Positions 23,671 to 64,000 of a DNA stretch of 64,000 nucleotides are shown here, in pieces. The stretch's first letter is position 1. Each line of letters starts with the position of its first letter. The notes under the pieces were generated by a model, which was not told the DNA's origin, did not search any database, and was given only the letters and a program-made list of their open reading frames with translations. Both the position numbers and the translations under genes were made by a program. The stretch comes from the human T2T-CHM13v2.0 reference genome, Homo sapiens. The stretch is taken from the NCBI RefSeq assembly GCF_009914755.1, contig NC_060931.1. One strand, 5' to 3'.

Positions 23671-23789
23671 TAGTCTCGAACTCCTGACCTCGTGATCCGC
23701 CCGCCTCGGCCTCCCAGAATGCTGGGATTAAGGCGTGAGCCACCGCGCCCGGCCCAGACCTTGTTTCTAAGAAACAAAAAATAAAGGCT

Positions 23790-25070
23790 GCGTCCGCTAG
23801 GCCAAGGGAGGCGCAAGGTAGTTGCAGAGGGCGAAGCCCACGAAGCGGAGGATTTCTCGGAGCCAAGTCCGTTTTCGGGGGACGGGGATCCCAGACTCCT
23901 GCGTCCCCAGGTGCCCCGCTTCTGGAAACGCATCTGGGGTCAAGCGCAGGACGAGGCGAAAGCCCAAAGTCCTACGCCCGCCGCGCGCCGTCTGGCTCTG
24001 CCCAGGGAAGCACAGGGCGGAAGGAGCCCTTTCGCCGGCGCGCAGACGCGCGACCAGCCCAGCCAATCAGCGCGCTCCCTCTGCCGGCCCGACCGGCGCT
24101 CTGGTGACGCGCGACGTCTGCCTTCGCCCACGGCTCTTGGGCGACGACCCCTCCCACACTCGCCGTGCTTGTTAGCTGCGCGCCGCGCTTCTTGTGCGAC
24201 GGCCCCTGGGCGGCGGCGCGTTCGGGCGCGGCCCTGGCGCGCCCCCCGGCGGCCCGGAGGGGCGCGGCGGGCGCGGCGCTGACCCGGAGGCGGCGGCGGC
24301 GGTGCCCGGATGGAGGCACGTCATTGTCCCCCGCCGGGCGGCTGGGCTGTGTGCGGCGGCGGCGGCGGCGGCCGAGGGGGATGGAGCGAGCGCCGAGCCG
24401 GGTCAGGTAAGCTCCCGCCTCCTTCCCGCCCGCCGCAGGCCGGCATGGGGCCCGCGCAGCGGCCCGCTCGCCTGGGCCGCCGCTGGCTCGGCCGCCCCTC
24501 AGCCGGCGCGGCCCGCCGGGGGCTGGTGCGGCCCCTCGCCCGCCTCCCCCTACACAGCCGCGGGCCGCCCGGGACCCCGCCGCTCTGGGGGCTGCGGCGC
24601 CACCGCCCGCCCGGGCCAGGCCGCTGGGGAGGGGGCGGCGGCCGCGGCGGGCGGGCACCGGGGTAGCCGGGCTGCGCGGCGAGGCCGGGCCCCCCTGGTT
24701 GCCATGGACACTGCGCTCCCACCCCCACCCGGCCCCAGCCCGCCCCTTCGGCCTGGGGGCCGGGCAGGCAGGCGGGAGGCTCGGGGCGGCCGGGGTGGGC
24801 GTGTGCTGGCCGCTGACCGCGGAGTCCGGCGTCCCCGGCCCGCCCGCCGCCCCCCGCGTGGCTGCCACCTCCCGCCCCGGAGCCCCCTCAGAGCCCCGGG
24901 CCGGCCTCCCCGCCCCCACTGCATCCCTAACAGAGGCAAAGTTTTCCCACCTTGGGCGCCCCCTCCCCAGGCCTAGCCACCTGGCTGCTCCGTGGAGAGT
25001 CCGAGGTGCCCACGCCGGGCGGAGCGGCCACCCCGAAGGGAGAGGAGAAGCCGGGTGGCGCGTCCCCAAA
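23790..25070 (+). promoter_or_regulatory. USP42: USP42 CpG-island promoter (TATA-less)
   Basis: Very high GC and CpG content. CCAAT at 24063-24067, GGCGGAAG ETS-like site (~24016), CRE-like CACGTCA (~24317), GC boxes, RFX X-box at 24698-24711. Surrounds the exon 1 donor. Confidence 0.92.
24280..24406 (+). other. USP42: USP42 exon 1 (5' UTR; transcription start approximate)
   Basis: Consensus donor CAG|GTAAGC at 24406/24407 inside the CpG island. Contains GGC repeats and upstream ATGs. The 5' end cannot be fixed from sequence alone. Confidence 0.8.
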
Positions 25071-26681
25071 AGCATGTGTGCCTCTCTAGCGTTTTTTATT
25101 TTCGGGGCAGGAAGAGCCAGCTTACCTGGAACGGGGGATCCGTTGCAGATGTTGGAAATGAAAATTGGACGGAACAAGTTTTCCCATCTAGGACTTTAAC
25201 CCCTCTCACATGCATGCAGTGGAGATGACTTTTGTTAATGACTCTTAGGAGGCCGTGGGGTCACTTGTTTATGGGAAAACATGTTGGTTATGTAAAGTCA
25301 ATACCCTGACAGCAAAACTGTTTGAGAAACTAGTTAACGCCTCCTTTTCAAGGTAACCACAGAATCCTAGGTTCTCGTTTTGGTGGCCTCTCAAAACGTT
25401 TCGAAGAGTTGTACATTTTAAACCTAATTCTTTTTACTTTGTCACTCATTCAAATTGCCTAGGGGATATGAATGATCAGTTTCACTTATTTGTTTTAAAT
25501 TAGGGTCAGTTTCACTTTCTCTTCTGTATCTTTGAATCAAGTCTACAGTAAGTATTTGGTTTATAAAGTTTAAGGCCAGTCGTTTGGTTTACTTAAGTAT
25601 AATTAAGACGAAGGTTTTGTCTTTTTAAAGCGTGTGTGTTTTCTCTTATAACGGAAATGCTATGAGAACGTGGATTACATTGTTTACGAAGAAGCAGAGC
25701 GTAACAGTTTCTCTTTAAACGTGCTAATATTATTACCTCAATGTATGCAGAGTGCCACAGTGTCTAAATAGTGAAACTCCACAAATGAAGAAAGAATAAT
25801 GCATTCTAGCATTTGATAACAAGGGAGACATACCATATAAGAGACTGGGAATTTTAAAGCTTTGAGTAAGACTAGTATTTAAAGCAAAGGAAACACTTGT
25901 GAAGTCTCATTCCTCCACACAGATCCAACCTCGATTCATGTTCATGTTGTTTTTTTGAGGCAAGATCTCCCTCTGCTGCCTAGGCTGGAGTGCAGTGGCG
26001 CAGTTGTAGCTCACTGTAGCCTCAATCTCCTGAGCTCCAGCAGTCCTCCCACCTCAGCCTCCTAAGTAGGTAGGACTACAGGCACATGCCACCACACCCA
26101 GCTAATTTTTTTTTTTTTTCTTAAAGAGACAGGGTCTCACTGTTGCCCAGGCTGGTCTGCAACTCCTGGGCTCAAGCCATCCTGCTGCCTTGGCCTCCCA
26201 AAGTGTTGGGATTACAGGCTTGGTCCACCATGCCCCACCTGTAGGTTGTTGTTTTAATGCTCTTGTAACTTTTATATATCATCAGAAGCTGTTGCTTACA
26301 AGTTCTGATATTTGTAACAGTAATATTTAGAAGCTTTACTGAAAGTGAGGAACATGCAAGTATATGAATCTTAAGTCCTACATAACATTGTTTAGCTTCA
26401 AGAAAGGTTATGTGTGTAGCAGATGGAGTTTAGTTTGATGCCTGATGGTTTTAGGTCAAGACTTCATTGGCTGAATATACAAATGAAGGCGAATGGATAG
26501 CTTTGGTTGGTTTTTCCACAGTTACAATGCTGTATGGTTAATGATGACTTGAATTGTGCTTTCGTTAAATTTTTTTTCACTTAAGAGGCTTTTGTCCCTT
26601 TTAAAAGGTAATTGGAGCAAATAAAATGGTTTTATTTGGTCATTTGTTAGTGATTGTTCTGAAGGTATGTTTATCCCCTGA

Positions 26682-27143
<462 letters not shown>

Positions 27144-27358
27144 TAACTATTAGATGAGGAAAAATGTAAACTGTATTTGGAGGATAAGGCTCAAGCTTTC
27201 TTCCTGATTGAGGGTCAGCTACCTTTGATTGATTTAAATTTTCAATTCAGTTTTCTTAGTTCATTGAAATTGACAAACATCTTTTCTATTTCTACTTGAG
27301 TTCAGAAACTTTAAGATTGTATTTTTTTGGGTGATAATCTTACCCTAGTTAAAAATTA

Positions 27359-28174
<816 letters not shown>

Positions 28175-29376
28175 TTAAGGCCATTTCTACTCCAGAGTTT
28201 TTTAAGGATCAAATGATATACTGTATGTTAATCATTCAGCACAAGCTGGTGCTAAAAGCAAACGCTAGTTGTTTTCTGTTCCCAGACTTTGTTCATTAAG
28301 TTGTTCTCCACATGTATGGAAAGCTTTCTCTACACCAGGTCAGAGGATGTGAATAAGAACATGGTAGAGAACAGCAAGTAAAACAGCTGTGGAGTAGATG
28401 CCAGCACAGTACCGTAGAAATCAGCACAGGGTGCTGTGGGGGCCTTGAGGAGGGGTTTCTAACCCCGTCTTGGGGGAATGGTGATGTCAAGGAAAGTGTC
28501 CCAGAGAAAGTAAAGTCTAAACTGAGAAGTGGAAGTGTGAACTGGCTGGAGGTGGAAGGTTGGAAAAGAGTCGGAGAAAAGAACAGCATGTGCAGAGCCC
28601 AGAGACAGCAGGGACAAAAGAAAAAAAAACAAGACTTCAGCATGGTGGGAACGTGACGGAGAGGGTGTTTGGCGAGGTTATTAGGTCAGACAATGTGAAG
28701 TCCAGACATTAAGATGTTGTGCTGTGGGCAGTTGGGCCACTCCTGAAAGGTGTTCTTTCTTCCTTTCCTTTTCTTTCTTTCTTTTCTTGAGGCAGAGTCT
28801 CTCTATGTCAGTCTGGAGTGCAGTGGCATGATCTCGGCTCACTGCAATCTCTGCCTTCCAGGTTCAAGCAATTTTCCTTGCCTCAGCCTCCCAAGTAGCT
28901 GGGAATACAGGCGTGCGCCACCATGCCTGGTTAATTTTTTTATTTTTAGTAGAGATGGGGTTTCCCCATGTTGGCCAGGCTGGTCTCGAACTCCTGGACT
29001 CAAGTGATCCACCCACTTTGGCCTCCCAAAGTGCTGGGATTACAGGGGTGTGAGCCACTGCGCCCCGCCCGGCCTTTTTTTTTTTTTTTTTTGAGACTTA
29101 ATCTTGCTCTGTCACCAAGGCTGGATATCAGTGGCACGGTTTTGGCTCTCTGCAACTTCTGTCTCCCAGGTTCAAGCGATTTTCCTGACTCAGCCTCCCA
29201 AGTAGTTGAGATTACAGGTACGTGCCACCACGCCCGGCTAATTTTTGTATTTTTAGTAGAGATGAGGTTTCACTATGTTGGCCAGACTGGTCTCAAACGC
29301 CTGACCTCAGGTGATTCACCTGCCTCGGCCTCCCAAAATGCTGGGATTACAGGTGTGCACCACCATGCCTGGGTAA

Positions 29377-29526
<150 letters not shown>

Positions 29527-30507
29527 TAGGAGTGGCATGTCTAGATGTGGCTACTGTTGGGCGATTTTAGAAATATCCCTAAAAGCCTTCTGTTGACAGG
29601 GTGGCATAACCAGAAGGAAGCCTGGCTGGGAACGCTGGACCTGGCTCTCAGTCCCAGTTGCTGACTGGTTGCTTCATTTTATAGGCCCTGGGGATTCTGT
29701 CTGATCTCTCATACGTTCTTTATAAAAATTAAGTTAATGTATGTCCAGCAGTTGATGCAATGCCCAGTACATAGAAAATGCTCAATTAGTGGTAGCCCTA
29801 ATATTTTAAAATAGGACTCAGAAAGAAAATTATAATCAAGTCCTTTCATAACAGATATTTGTGTTTGAGTTTGATATCAGTAATGGCTTACGGGTTTTAT
29901 TTAAAAAGTCATACATTCCATATAAATGAGCCTCTTCAGAAAAATGGTTTTAAAGGTGAGATCTCTATAATTATAATTTTAAAAAATATAATGTATTTCA
30001 CTTGGTGCCATTTGCACTTTAAGCACAAAATTAAGTCTAGATTTTTTCTGTGTAGTTGATGCTTTTCTCTGAGGAATTATACTCAAATTGAAGATGTAGT
30101 CAAATGTATTACTGTGTATAATTTTTCTAGTTTTAAGCAGTATAGAAGGAAAATATAGGTACTTAGTAAATAAACAGAACTGAGAATTGAAATGTCCAAT
30201 TATAAACTGAAATGCCAGACTTTTAGGGGGCATGAAATGAAAATGAGAAGTTCTTTTAATCAAATACTTCACTGAAGATTTTAAAATAAAGATTGTTGAC
30301 ATTCAGATTATCATGATGCTAAATGTCCCAAGGGGATTATTACAGAAATGTTAGAAAGTACTATTGTTTTTATATTTGAGTGATGTGTTTGAAAATCACT
30401 TTAAAATGGCTGGAATGATCTTCCAAGATCTAACGGTAGGGTAAGGAGATTGCTTTTCTCACCTGATGAAACAAATACATACTTTTCATCTTTTGCAGAG
30501 TTGAACA

Positions 30508-63572
<33,065 letters not shown>

Positions 63573-64000
63573 GTATGTGGATGATGTCATTAATCATGTT
63601 TTATGTCGAGCCTTTCGAAGCTTAACGTGTCTGTAGCTATTAAGGATTAAGGACTCGACTTTCTCATGACAAAATTGCTAACTATTACCTACATTTGGGC
63701 TTCATTGTCTGTTTTGTTGGTACCCGTGGTTGTGAGGGGATACAGGGAGAGCCTGTATAATCTGAAATCCAAAGAGGACTTCCTGCTAGACTTTGCCAGT
63801 TTTCACCAAAGTTCATTTTGTCTTGTTTGTTTGTTTTCTGATTGGTAGTACACTGAATTTTCCCATTTTCTTCCCACTTTCTGAAGATTGAAAGTGGTCA
63901 AAAACTAAATAGCATGCAAGAGAAATAAACGATCCATTCCTGAATTATTAAAATTAAATAATCGGCCGAGTGTGGTGGCTCACGCCCGTAATCCCAGCAC

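Noticed and set aside
23797-25228. Many long overlapping ORFs on both strands (up to 401 aa) over the USP42 CpG island
   Set aside because: Stop-poor GC-rich DNA giving Arg/Gly/Pro/Ala low-complexity translations. They cross the exon 1 donor and show no recognisable domain.

Overview
Primate (apparently human, 7p22.1-type) Alu-dense genomic DNA. The + strand carries the 5' half of USP42 (ubiquitin-specific peptidase 42): a CpG-island promoter (~23.8-25.1 kb), non-coding exon 1 (donor at 24406) and coding exons 2-9 (30499-63572). These splice GT-AG into one open frame for aa 1-330, including the USP Cys box (C120) and both CxxC pairs of the finger zinc ribbon. The gene continues past the window. 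The 20.3-kb intron 3 is mostly two Alu-shattered ancient antisense L1 elements and includes an L1-derived ~51-bp minisatellite. A second CpG-island promoter lies 23 kb upstream (~0.56-1.09 kb). The least expected signal is at 0.27-12.2 kb: four, possibly five, diverged copies of a unit made of a MIR remnant, a pyrimidine tract with TAG|GAG splice acceptor, and an exon-like segment. The copies differ mostly at third codon positions in one shared frame, which suggests a decayed tandem-exon gene or an lncRNA derived from one. Also notable: two uORFs that overlap the USP42 start codon, an Alu-tail GAA/TTC tract, and a canonical ISRE in intron 1. Repeat family names come from recalled consensus sequences, not from a database search. 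Nearly all ORFs in the supplied track are Alu, low-complexity or GC-rich artefacts.
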